Source of the DNA: Dehalococcoidia bacterium
GTDB taxonomy: Bacteria > Chloroflexota > Dehalococcoidia > Lucifugimonadales > Australimonadaceae
Reading direction: 5' to 3'
Length of the DNA: 64,000 nt
Assembly (NCBI GenBank): GCA_963579845.1
Contig: CAUZHS010000003.1
Span: forward strand, 763 to 64,762
Under the pieces are notes generated by a model. That model had not been told where the DNA came from, made no database searches, and saw nothing but the letters and a program-made list of their open reading frames with translations. A program made the position numbers and the translations under genes. Positions 1-7,450 of this stretch are shown one piece after another (position 1 is the stretch's first letter; each line of letters begins with the position of its first letter).

Positions 1-1091
1 GAGGGCTTGCTGTTGACAGTAGGGGTCTGGTACTGGTGGAGAACCTGCTGGACTAGGTGGGTGGTTACGGGTAGCCCAGTGAAATGGGCGAGGGCCCCGA
101 CTCGGTTCAAGATACCCTCTACCTGGCGGATGTTGGTCAAGGGGAGTTCAGAGAGCGTGGTGAGGGCATCTTGGGGTATGGGGACTTGGGTTTCGGTTGC
201 CCGTCTTTGCAGGATAGCATGGCGGAGTTCACGGCTCGGGGCTTGGATATCGGCGACTAACCCCCATTCGAACCGTGACCGGAGGCGATCCTCTAAAAGG
301 GCGAGTGCTGAGGGATCACGGTCAGAGGCAAGAACGATTTGGCGGTTAGCGTTGTGCAAAGCGTTGAAAGTATGGAAAAAGCCTTCCTGTGTTCTTTCCT
401 TTCCGCTGATGAATTGAATGTCGTCCACAAGTAAAACATCAGGGGCTTGGTAACGGTCCCGGAAAGCAGTTGTCTTTCTGTCCTGAATAGCGGCGATGAA
501 ATCGTTGGTGAACTCCTCGGCGGTGATGTAGAGGGCTGTTCTTTCATGGGCTCGCACTTCGTGGGCGATCGCGTGAAGCAAATGAGTCTTGCCCAATCCT
601 GCACCAGAGTAGATAAAGAGGGGGTTATAAGTATCGCCGGGCCGGTCGGCAACGGCGTGGCATGCAGCATAGGCAAGTTGATTCGTTGCATCGACGACGA
701 AGGAATCGAATGTGTAACGTCGGTTGAGAGGCGATGGGGAGGGAGAGGCTGGCACCTGCCGCATCGGTGCGGCTTCGGGAGGTGTCAGGAGGGGGGAGGA
801 GGCCTCGACTGGTATGGCTGAGGTGGCACCGCGTACTTGGAATGAGATTTCCAGCCGTTGATGGGAGACACTGGCCACTGCAGCATCGATAAGCTGATAT
901 AGCCGAAGCTCCAACCACTCTGCTGCAAAGGTTGTTGGAACACCGATGACTAACTGGCTGTCGCTCATGGAGAGGGCCGTCGTATCTCTCAACCACGTGT
1001 CGAAAGTGGGCCGGGTAATCTGAACCTGCAGCCTCCCCAGGGCAGCCTCCCATAGCTGAGGAGCGGTTGGTTTAAGGGTATGACTAACCAT
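1..1091 (-). CDS. dnaA: Chromosomal replication initiator DnaA (N-terminal ~363 aa; C-terminal DNA-binding domain lies beyond the left window edge)
   Basis: Absent from the ORF track because it is open at position 1. Minus-strand translation from ATG 1091-1089 reads MVSHTLKPTAPQLWEAALGRLQVQITRPTFDTWL...NPLFIYSGAGLGKTHLLHAIAHEV...VLLVDDIQFISGKERTQEGFFHTFNAL...LEDRLRSRFEWGLVADIQ. This gives DnaA domain I plus AAA+ Walker A/B and sensor motifs, with no stops down to position 1. Confidence 0.95.
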   Translation of the reverse strand, partial: MVSHTLKPTAPQLWEAALGRLQVQITRPTFDTWLRDTTALSMSDSQLVIGVPTTFAAEWLELRLYQLIDAAVASVSHQRLEISFQVRGATSAIPVEASSPLLTPPEAAPMRQVPASPSPSPLNRRYTFDSFVVDATNQLAYAACHAVADRPGDTYNPLFIYSGAGLGKTHLLHAIAHEVRAHERTALYITAEEFTNDFIAAIQDRKTTAFRDRYQAPDVLLVDDIQFISGKERTQEGFFHTFNALHNANRQIVLASDRDPSALALLEDRLRSRFEWGLVADIQAPSRELRHAILQRRATETQVPIPQDALTTLSELPLTNIRQVEGILNRVGALAHFTGLPVTTHLVQQVLHQYQTPTVNSKP

Positions 1092-1376
1092 GCGAAACAT
1101 TCCTCGTTTCACCGCGATAAAGTTAGCGATTTGGATCAGTAAGAAAGCAGCTGTCCCGCGCCAACAGGACTGGACAAAACGGTGTTGACTGTTCTACCAA
1201 GGAACGCCTTTAAAAGCCAACGAAATCGAACTCTATCAGACCCTTCTCCGTAGGACGCAAGGGGGGAGGAGACCTATTTTAAAAGGATTGTCCCAGGTAT
1301 TCCGAAGGGGGTCCGGAGGCGCTATCTAGAAGCCCCTAAGCAGATAGGCGACCATTCTGGGTAGCATCAGGGGAAA

Positions 1377-1385
1377 TGCTATCAT
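1377..1385 (+). promoter_or_regulatory. Extended -10 element (TGcTATCAT) 6 nt upstream of the fmt ATG; implies a leaderless transcript
   Basis: TGCTATCAT at 1377-1385, then cttgtc (6 nt), then ATG 1392. No Shine-Dalgarno lies between them and the -35 is weak. Confidence 0.35.
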
Positions 1386-1391
1386 CTTGTC

Positions 1392-2339
1392 ATGACAAGG
1401 CTTCGTGTGGTGTTTATGGGAAGTCCCATCGCTGTGGTCCCGGTGCTCGATTCGGTACGGGAGCTGGGTTGGGATTTGGTAGGTGTGTACACCGCCTCCG
1501 ACCAGCAGGCTGGTCGGGGTCGGCACGTTGAGCCAACCCCCGTCAAGCGGTACGCGCTGGAGCAGGGGTTCCCAGTTTTTCAGCCTGCTTCCCTCCGTGA
1601 CGAACAGACCTTTGACGAACTGCGCAGCCTTGCCCCAGACCTTATTGTGCTAGCTGCTTACGGCGAGCTACTGCCACCTGAGGTACTCGATCTTCCACGC
1701 TGGGGCTGCTTGAACGTACACCCTTCGCTTCTCCCACGGCACCGGGGTGCTAGCCCGGTGGCAGCGGCCATTTTGGCTGGTGATGAGATGACCGGGGTAA
1801 CGCTGATGATTATGGACCGTGGTCTGGACACGGGGCCGCTTCTCGGCCAGCGGGAGCAGAGACTATGGCCTACGAATCGCTCAGGCCAGCTTACGGAGCA
1901 GTTGTTCGTGCTGGGTGCCGAACTGCTTAAGGAGGTGCTCCCGGAGTACGTGGCGGGCCGCATAACGCCAGCGCCTCAGGCTAAAGAAGGGGTAAGCATC
2001 TCCCGGAAGATGAAGAAGGAACAAGGGGAGCTGGACTGGTTCAAGGCCGCGGTGCAATTGGAGAGGGAAGTTCGCGCCCATGACCCGTGGCCTGGGAGCG
2101 CCACTCGGTGGAACGGCAAGCGTCTCCAGGTCTTAGAGGCCCATGCCATGACGGCAGATACCCTTGCGCTGCCGGGAACGGTTGTTCAGATAGGTATGGA
2201 CCCACCACTGGTGGGAGTGGCAACGCTGAACGGGCTTCTGGTCTTGCACCAGGTAAAGCAGGAAGGCCGAAAGACGGTCGCAGCCACGGAATTTATTCGA
2301 GGCAACCAGGAGTTTCTCGACGCGAGGCTGCCGTCCTGA
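1392..2339 (+). CDS. fmt: Methionyl-tRNA formyltransferase
   Basis: RVVFMGSPIAVVPVLDSV..., HPSLLPRHRGASPV motif, and a C-terminal Fmt domain; 315 aa. Confidence 0.95.
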   Translation: MTRLRVVFMGSPIAVVPVLDSVRELGWDLVGVYTASDQQAGRGRHVEPTPVKRYALEQGFPVFQPASLRDEQTFDELRSLAPDLIVLAAYGELLPPEVLDLPRWGCLNVHPSLLPRHRGASPVAAAILAGDEMTGVTLMIMDRGLDTGPLLGQREQRLWPTNRSGQLTEQLFVLGAELLKEVLPEYVAGRITPAPQAKEGVSISRKMKKEQGELDWFKAAVQLEREVRAHDPWPGSATRWNGKRLQVLEAHAMTADTLALPGTVVQIGMDPPLVGVATLNGLLVLHQVKQEGRKTVAATEFIRGNQEFLDARLPS

Positions 2340-2349
2340 CGAAAGGTTC

Positions 2350-2952
2350 TTAAACGTCTTCCTCTTCATTGGTCTTCTCCGAAGTGTCGGCGGTCCGCGT
2401 TGGGACCACCGCGGCGATTCTCTGTTCCGCATCCGTGACAAGCGTCACCTTAGAGGGCAGCTCCAGGTCCCTTACATGAATCGACGAATCGACGTTGGCC
2501 AGGATAGAGATGTCCACGCGGAAGGACGTTGGGAGGTCGAGGGGAAGCGCTTCGACCTGAACCTCGTGGAGGTCCTGAACTAACATTGCGTCAGAGGACC
2601 GGGCGCCGGGGGCTTCACCCTCAAAGACGATGGGCACAGTGGCCTGGACCAGCTGTGTCTGGGATATCTGGATGAGGTCAACGTGGAGCAGTCGGTCGGT
2701 AACGGGGTGAAACTGGACTTCACGAACCATGACAAAATGCTCATCGCCGCCAGCCCGAATTGTCAGCGGCCTAGTGCGGCCTACTTGCGCTAGAGTTTGG
2801 ATTAGCGTAGAGGTTTCCACTTGTAGGCTGAGCGAGGGAGCCCCTCCCCCATAAATGTGCAGGGGAGTAATACCGGAGCGCCGAAGAGCTCCTAACTTCT
2901 TTCCAAAAATCGTCCGTTCCTGCACGTCCAGCGTTATAGGCTGGGTGGTCAT
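2350..2952 (-). CDS. rplY: 50S ribosomal protein L25 / general stress protein Ctc
   Basis: MTTQPITLDVQERTIFGKKLGALRRSGITPLHIYGG...VMVREVQFHPVTDRLLHVDLIQI. The start was moved to ATG 2952 because AGGAG lies 7 nt upstream. The ORF-track start at 3009 overlaps a -10 element. Confidence 0.9.
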   Translation of the reverse strand: MTTQPITLDVQERTIFGKKLGALRRSGITPLHIYGGGAPSLSLQVETSTLIQTLAQVGRTRPLTIRAGGDEHFVMVREVQFHPVTDRLLHVDLIQISQTQLVQATVPIVFEGEAPGARSSDAMLVQDLHEVQVEALPLDLPTSFRVDISILANVDSSIHVRDLELPSKVTLVTDAEQRIAAVVPTRTADTSEKTNEEEDV

Positions 2953-3007
2953 AGCTGCTCCTGAGTTCGAAGACCAGCGTCGTAACGCCGGAAGAATTGA
3001 GACCCCC

Positions 3008-3016
3008 ATGATAGCA
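3008..3016 (-). promoter_or_regulatory. Extended -10 element (TGcTATCAT) for the L25 gene
   Basis: The minus strand reads TGCTATCAT at 3016-3008, about 50 nt upstream of ATG 2952 with an AGGAG Shine-Dalgarno in between. Confidence 0.3.
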
Positions 3017-3103
3017 AAGGCTCTGCGGAGCCGCCACTGGGCGTGGGACAGGGTTGGCAGCGAGAGGTGAAAAGAGGGATAGTAGAGAAGTGTATCGGCT
3101 TAA

Positions 3104-3132
3104 TTGGCTTCCCAATATCCGGCTGGTATCAT
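3104..3132 (+). promoter_or_regulatory. Sigma70-type promoter TTGGCT-17 nt-TGgTATCAT upstream of the moeB-like/cysM pair
   Basis: -35 TTGGCT at 3104-3109, a 17-nt spacer carrying TG at 3124-3125, and -10 TATCAT at 3127-3132. This leaves a 5' UTR of about 120 nt before ATG 3257. Confidence 0.4.
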
Positions 3133-3256
3133 AGGCAGAGGTCTTTCCGTTTTTCGTTCCGTCAAGAACCCACATTCTCGTGCCTCAATCCAACGATGGC
3201 GTGAGGTCTCAAGAAGAAGGGCTATCGCATAACTGTAGATAGCAGAGGAGAAGCTA

Positions 3257-4102
3257 ATGACCGAGGCACCGCAACTAAGCGCCGAGCAGGTACAACGCTA
3301 CAGCAGGCATATCATCATGCCGCAAATTGGGAGTAGGGGCCAACGCAACCTTATGGGCTCCAAGGTGCTCATTATTGGCGTCGGTGGTCTGGGTGGGCCC
3401 GTCGCCATCTACTTGGCTCTGGCTGGCATCGGAACCTTGGGTATCGTGGACTTTGATACCGTTGACTTGAGTAATCTGCAACGGCAAGTGCTGCACAACT
3501 CTGAGACCGTTGGCTGGCCAAAGGTGGACTCAGCTAAGGATACGTTGCGGCGCTACAACCCGAATGTGCAGGTGGTGACGCATGAGGTGCCCATCACTGC
3601 TGAAAACGCCATGGAACTGATGGAAGGCTACGATGTTATCGTGAACGGGGCGGATAACTTCGCCACGCGCTATTTGGTGAACGACGCAGCCTACCTCAGT
3701 GGGAAGCCGCTGGTGGACGGGAGCATCTTGATTTTCGACGGCCAGGTGAGTACGTACATCCCGGGGAGTGGCTGCTATCGCTGTCTCTTCCCCACGCCCC
3801 CTCCCCCAGGCATGGTCCCTAACTGTGCCGAAGCCGGAGTGTTGGGAGCTCTCACCGGTACCATTGGTAGTATTCAGGCAACGGAAGTTGTCAAGGTGCT
3901 GCTGAGCATTGGCGAGCCCCTGGTGGGCCGGCTGCTTTTGGTGGACGCGCTGAGCATGGAGTTCCGAATGGTGAGGACGCACCAAAACCCTGAGTGTCCC
4001 CTGTGTGGCGACCATCCTACCGTAACCGAGCTGATCGACTACGAGGTGTTCTGTGGCCTTGCTCCGGCCCATGGCACGGAGGGAGCGGTGGTCGGCACCT
4101 AA
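3257..4102 (+). CDS. MoeB/ThiF-family E1-like adenylyltransferase (sulfur-carrier-protein activating enzyme); no rhodanese domain
   Basis: QRYSRHIIMPQIGSRGQRNLMGSKVLIIGVGGLGGPVAIYLALAGIGTLGIVDFDTVDLSNLQRQVLH, plus the two CxxC pairs (CYRC, CPLC) typical of MoeB/ThiF. GAGGAG Shine-Dalgarno upstream. Confidence 0.85.
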   Translation: MTEAPQLSAEQVQRYSRHIIMPQIGSRGQRNLMGSKVLIIGVGGLGGPVAIYLALAGIGTLGIVDFDTVDLSNLQRQVLHNSETVGWPKVDSAKDTLRRYNPNVQVVTHEVPITAENAMELMEGYDVIVNGADNFATRYLVNDAAYLSGKPLVDGSILIFDGQVSTYIPGSGCYRCLFPTPPPPGMVPNCAEAGVLGALTGTIGSIQATEVVKVLLSIGEPLVGRLLLVDALSMEFRMVRTHQNPECPLCGDHPTVTELIDYEVFCGLAPAHGTEGAVVGT

Positions 4103-4118
4103 AGTCCGGCCCATCGGC

Positions 4119-5054
4119 ATGCTGTACAAGGACCTTATTGACGCCATTGGGAACACGCCGCTGGTGGAGATGCCCTCCTTCAGCCCCAAGGGCAGTGTTC
4201 GGCTGTTTGCCAAGCTGGAGGGGAACAACCCCACTGGTAGCGTGAAAGACCGTATCGCCCGCGCAATGGTAATGCGGGCGGAGGCGGAGGGCCTGCTGTC
4301 TAAAGACAAGGTGCTCCTCGAGCCGACCAGCGGTAATACTGGGATTTCCTTGGCAATGGTGACGCAGCGCAAGGGTTACCGCCTCAAGGTGGTCATGCCC
4401 GAAAACGTCGGGCCTGAGCGCTTAGAGCTGCTGGCAGCCTTTGGGGCCGAGGTGGAGTTTTCCCCCGCAGAGTTGGGGACCAACGGCGCGATAGCCGTCG
4501 CTCAGACTATGGCTGCCCAGAACAACCGCTATGTAATGTTGTATCAATACGGCAATGAGGCCAATCCCGGCGCCCACTATGAGACGACCGGCGCCGAGAT
4601 TATCAGGGACCTGCCCGAGGTGACCCACTTCGTGGCTGGTCTTGGGACGGGTGGAACCCTCATGGGTACCGGACGGCGACTCAAGGAACATAATCCCGCA
4701 ATAACCGTTATTGCGGCGGTACCCCAGCCTGACGATAGGGTTCAGGGTTTGCGTAGCCTCGAAGAGGGGTTTATTCCGCCCATATTGGACCTGGACCTCT
4801 TGGACGGCCGCATCATGGTGAGTGGCGAGCAGAGTTTTAAGATGACGGCTGCGTTGTTGAAGAATGAGGGGATATTTGCCGGAGTGTCCTCCGGAGCGGT
4901 GCTGGCTGCTGCCTTGCGTGTGGCTCAGCGGCTCGATTCCGGCAACGTGGTCTGTCTTTTCGCTGATGGCGGCTGGAAGTACCTGAGCACCGGGCTGTGG
5001 ACCCACGAGTACGCCGATATAGCGGAAAAGGTTGAGAAGAAGATTCAATGGTAG
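4119..5054 (+). CDS. cysM: Cysteine synthase, CysM type (PLP enzyme; resembles the actinobacterial O-phosphoserine/thiocarboxylate-dependent CysM)
   Basis: MLYKDLIDAIGNTPLV..., PLP lysine in NPTGSVKDR, TSGNTGISLA, MLYQYGNEANPGAHY, THFVAGLGTGGTLMGTGR, and the C-terminal ADGGWKYLSTG tail. Start placed at ATG 4119 by N-terminal homology. Confidence 0.85.
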   Translation: MLYKDLIDAIGNTPLVEMPSFSPKGSVRLFAKLEGNNPTGSVKDRIARAMVMRAEAEGLLSKDKVLLEPTSGNTGISLAMVTQRKGYRLKVVMPENVGPERLELLAAFGAEVEFSPAELGTNGAIAVAQTMAAQNNRYVMLYQYGNEANPGAHYETTGAEIIRDLPEVTHFVAGLGTGGTLMGTGRRLKEHNPAITVIAAVPQPDDRVQGLRSLEEGFIPPILDLDLLDGRIMVSGEQSFKMTAALLKNEGIFAGVSSGAVLAAALRVAQRLDSGNVVCLFADGGWKYLSTGLWTHEYADIAEKVEKKIQW

Positions 5055-5776
5055 GTGGCAAGCGTTCCTTCCGTAATGCCACTCAGGCCTCCGGAAGCGC
5101 CGTGGCGATGACGCTGGGCCTGGTGGCTCCTGCTGGCGCGCCGGGAGAGCAAGTGCTTCAACTCCTCGCGGAGGAGGGCATCGGCTATCGGGTGCTCCGC
5201 GGGGGAGAGTCGGGACCTACGGCCCTCAACCCTGGCGATGCTGATGCCGTCTTGCTTGATCTGACAGAGGTCGGTATGGAGGGCGCCGGGGCGCTTATGG
5301 AGCGTTTGCCCTGGGAAGGATTACCCGTCTTAGCGGTACTGGCTCCTCAGCAGCTTGCCCACATGGAAATTGGTGAGGGCATCGTGGACTTCATCATCTG
5401 TCCCTCGGTCCCGGGAGAGCTCACCTCCAGGGTCCGGCACGCTACTAGTCAACGCCGAGTTGCGCCCGTCGATAAGCCGGGGGTTATACGAGTAGGTGAT
5501 TTGGTGATGGACACCAATAGCTACGACGTGTTCGTGGCTGGAAAGTCGGCGTTGCTCACCTTCAAGGAGTACGAGATGCTGAAGCTCTTGGCCAGCAATC
5601 CTGGCCGCGTCTTTAGCCGCGAGGCGTTGCTTGAACAGGTGTGGGGCTACGAATATTTCGGTGGAACCCGCACCGTGGATGTCCATATCCGGCGGTTGCG
5701 TAGCAAAATCGAAGATACGACCCACACCTTTATCGATACTATCTGGAGCGTCGGTTACCGCTGCCGCGCCGATTGA
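5048..5776 (+). CDS. OmpR/PhoB-family winged-helix transcriptional regulator with a degenerate receiver domain
   Basis: The C-terminus LTFKEYEMLKLLASNPGRVFSREALLEQVWGYEYFGGTRTVDVHIRRLRSKIE...GYRC is a Trans_reg_C domain. The N-terminal receiver-like region lacks the acidic DD pair and the conserved Lys. The start is uncertain: ATG 5048 overlaps the cysM stop, and ATG 5108 is the alternative. Confidence 0.85.
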   Translation: MVGGKRSFRNATQASGSAVAMTLGLVAPAGAPGEQVLQLLAEEGIGYRVLRGGESGPTALNPGDADAVLLDLTEVGMEGAGALMERLPWEGLPVLAVLAPQQLAHMEIGEGIVDFIICPSVPGELTSRVRHATSQRRVAPVDKPGVIRVGDLVMDTNSYDVFVAGKSALLTFKEYEMLKLLASNPGRVFSREALLEQVWGYEYFGGTRTVDVHIRRLRSKIEDTTHTFIDTIWSVGYRCRAD

Positions 5777-6522
5777 GCGGGCGACTTGCTTGTCAAACAC
5801 CGGAGAGCCCAGTTTGCAATGGCGAAGATGGCTATCGCTTCTGCCACAGCACCTAGGCCGATGAGCAGCGTCATGTCGCCCCAGAACCCGAAGGGAAAGA
5901 TGGCCACCAGCAAATCAGTCCTTGAGTTAAGCTGCCAAAAGTCATTTCGGAAGGCCAGCTCGTGAAACAGGGTAAAAAGCGGGTCGAAGGCCACGACGCT
6001 CACGGCTCCCACTGCTACCACGGAGATGAAGGTTAACAGCGCGCTGTTGCGGACCCACCGGGCGATGACAGGCCCCGCACCTGTGCGGAGCTGCGCTATC
6101 GTGAGCAGCGCAACGGTTAACAGGAAGAGCGCAGACCCTGCCTGGACCCGCGACGTGATATCGAAGAGGCCCTTCACGTCGGCCATGTGGATTACCTCTC
6201 GTTCATTGAACAGAGAGCGGTTGTGTCCGTAGACCTCAGTCTCCACCTGAAGGGGCCCCAAACCGTTGGCAAGGTAGTTTTGAATGTCGCTGCCTACCTG
6301 GCGAAGCCCCTCCGGCGTGATACCTGTACGCTCCGATACTTGGTGCCGCTCGAAGAGCGCGTCGTACAGCCACAGGCTGTTGGCCGCGATGCGCACGGTG
6401 GTGGTGATCAACAGTGCAGCCATGGCGACCGCTGCCAATACTCCGGCCACCCGTAGCGCCAGCCCACCCGCCCGCAGGTCCGTCTTCAACCGAGGTTGTC
6501 TATCCAGCAGTAAAGGGCTCAC
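5755..6522 (-). CDS. Integral membrane protein, DUF1461/TIGR01906-like (Lit-type family)
   Basis: Multi-pass membrane protein with LFNEREVIHMADVKGLF and LFHELAFRNDFWQL, motifs I associate with TIGR01906. Confidence 0.55.
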   Translation of the reverse strand: MSPLLLDRQPRLKTDLRAGGLALRVAGVLAAVAMAALLITTTVRIAANSLWLYDALFERHQVSERTGITPEGLRQVGSDIQNYLANGLGPLQVETEVYGHNRSLFNEREVIHMADVKGLFDITSRVQAGSALFLLTVALLTIAQLRTGAGPVIARWVRNSALLTFISVVAVGAVSVVAFDPLFTLFHELAFRNDFWQLNSRTDLLVAIFPFGFWGDMTLLIGLGAVAEAIAIFAIANWALRCLTSKSPAQSARQR

Positions 6523-6546
6523 GATTATTCAATGCTCCCTACATCA

Positions 6547-6552
6547 TATAAT
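6547..6552 (+). promoter_or_regulatory. Perfect TATAAT -10 hexamer upstream of mazG
   Basis: TATAAT at 6547-6552. AGGAG follows, 9 nt before ATG 6580. The -35 is weak. Confidence 0.3.
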
Positions 6553-6579
6553 AGCGCGACATCCACAGGAGTGTGCAGT

Positions 6580-7320
6580 ATGCCAGCGTCATCCACGACC
6601 AACTCCCAGACTGAGTTCAGCGTGTTATTGGAAACCATGCGGCGTCTCCGGGATCCTGGAGGGGGCTGCCCATGGGACCTGGAGCAGACCCACGCCTCGT
6701 TGCAGCACACTATGCTCGAAGAGAGCTATGAGGCTATGGAGGCTTTGGGCTCAGGCAGTGTGCCTGATATGGTGGAGGAGTTGGGCGACTTGCTCATCCA
6801 GGTGGTTTTCCATGCGCAGATAGGCGCTGGTGCGGGGACCTTCACCATATCGGACGTGGCCCGTTACGCTAACGATAAGCTGGTGCGCCGCCACCCTCAT
6901 GTCTTCGGCGATGAGGTGGCGGCGACGGCCGAAGAGGTGAAGACGCGCTGGGATGCCATCAAGGGAGAGGAACGGCAGTGGAAGGGCCAGCAGGAGCGCT
7001 CTATGCTAGACGGAGTGCCCAAGACCATGCCGGCGCTGGCTTACGCCCAGGCCGTGCAGTCGCGAACGCAGCGGGCCGGCTTTCGGTGGGAAGACATGTC
7101 CCAGCTGGGTTACGGGGAGCAGCTTTTCAACCTTGTTAACGCTGCTCGGGCCGAGGACGTTGAGGCAGAGGAGGCATTGCGCTCGATTAACCGGTGCTTC
7201 TATCAGCGTGTGGCTGGGGCTGAGCGCTTGGCGCGGGAACAAGGCTTGGAGCTAGCGAATCTCTCCGTCGAGGAGCGGGCCACCCTTTGGCGAGAGGCGA
7301 GTGTGTCGCAATCAGCGTGA
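6580..7320 (+). CDS. mazG: Nucleoside triphosphate pyrophosphohydrolase MazG
   Basis: LLETMRRLRDPGGGCPWDLEQTHASLQHTMLEESYEAMEAL...KLVRRHPHVFGD. Start at ATG 6580, which has a Shine-Dalgarno. Confidence 0.9.
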   Translation: MPASSTTNSQTEFSVLLETMRRLRDPGGGCPWDLEQTHASLQHTMLEESYEAMEALGSGSVPDMVEELGDLLIQVVFHAQIGAGAGTFTISDVARYANDKLVRRHPHVFGDEVAATAEEVKTRWDAIKGEERQWKGQQERSMLDGVPKTMPALAYAQAVQSRTQRAGFRWEDMSQLGYGEQLFNLVNAARAEDVEAEEALRSINRCFYQRVAGAERLAREQGLELANLSVEERATLWREASVSQSA

Positions 7321-7450
7321 GGGGCACCGTACATGGGTACGGAGAAGGCTTGGAAAAAGACTGGGTAGCCCTTGCGGTTTACCCCGAAGCGTACCCTAGA
7401 ATAGATAGATTGCTTCCGGCGTTGGCGCGGTACGGAACGGAGCTCCCTTC

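Noticed and set aside
1092-1391. Possible oriC in the dnaA-fmt intergenic region
   Set aside because: It is somewhat A/T-richer, but I could find no TTATCCACA/TGTGGATAA-type DnaA boxes, even allowing one mismatch by eye. The origin may lie beyond the left edge, downstream of dnaA. A DnaA-box matrix scan and GC-skew analysis of the whole replicon are needed.
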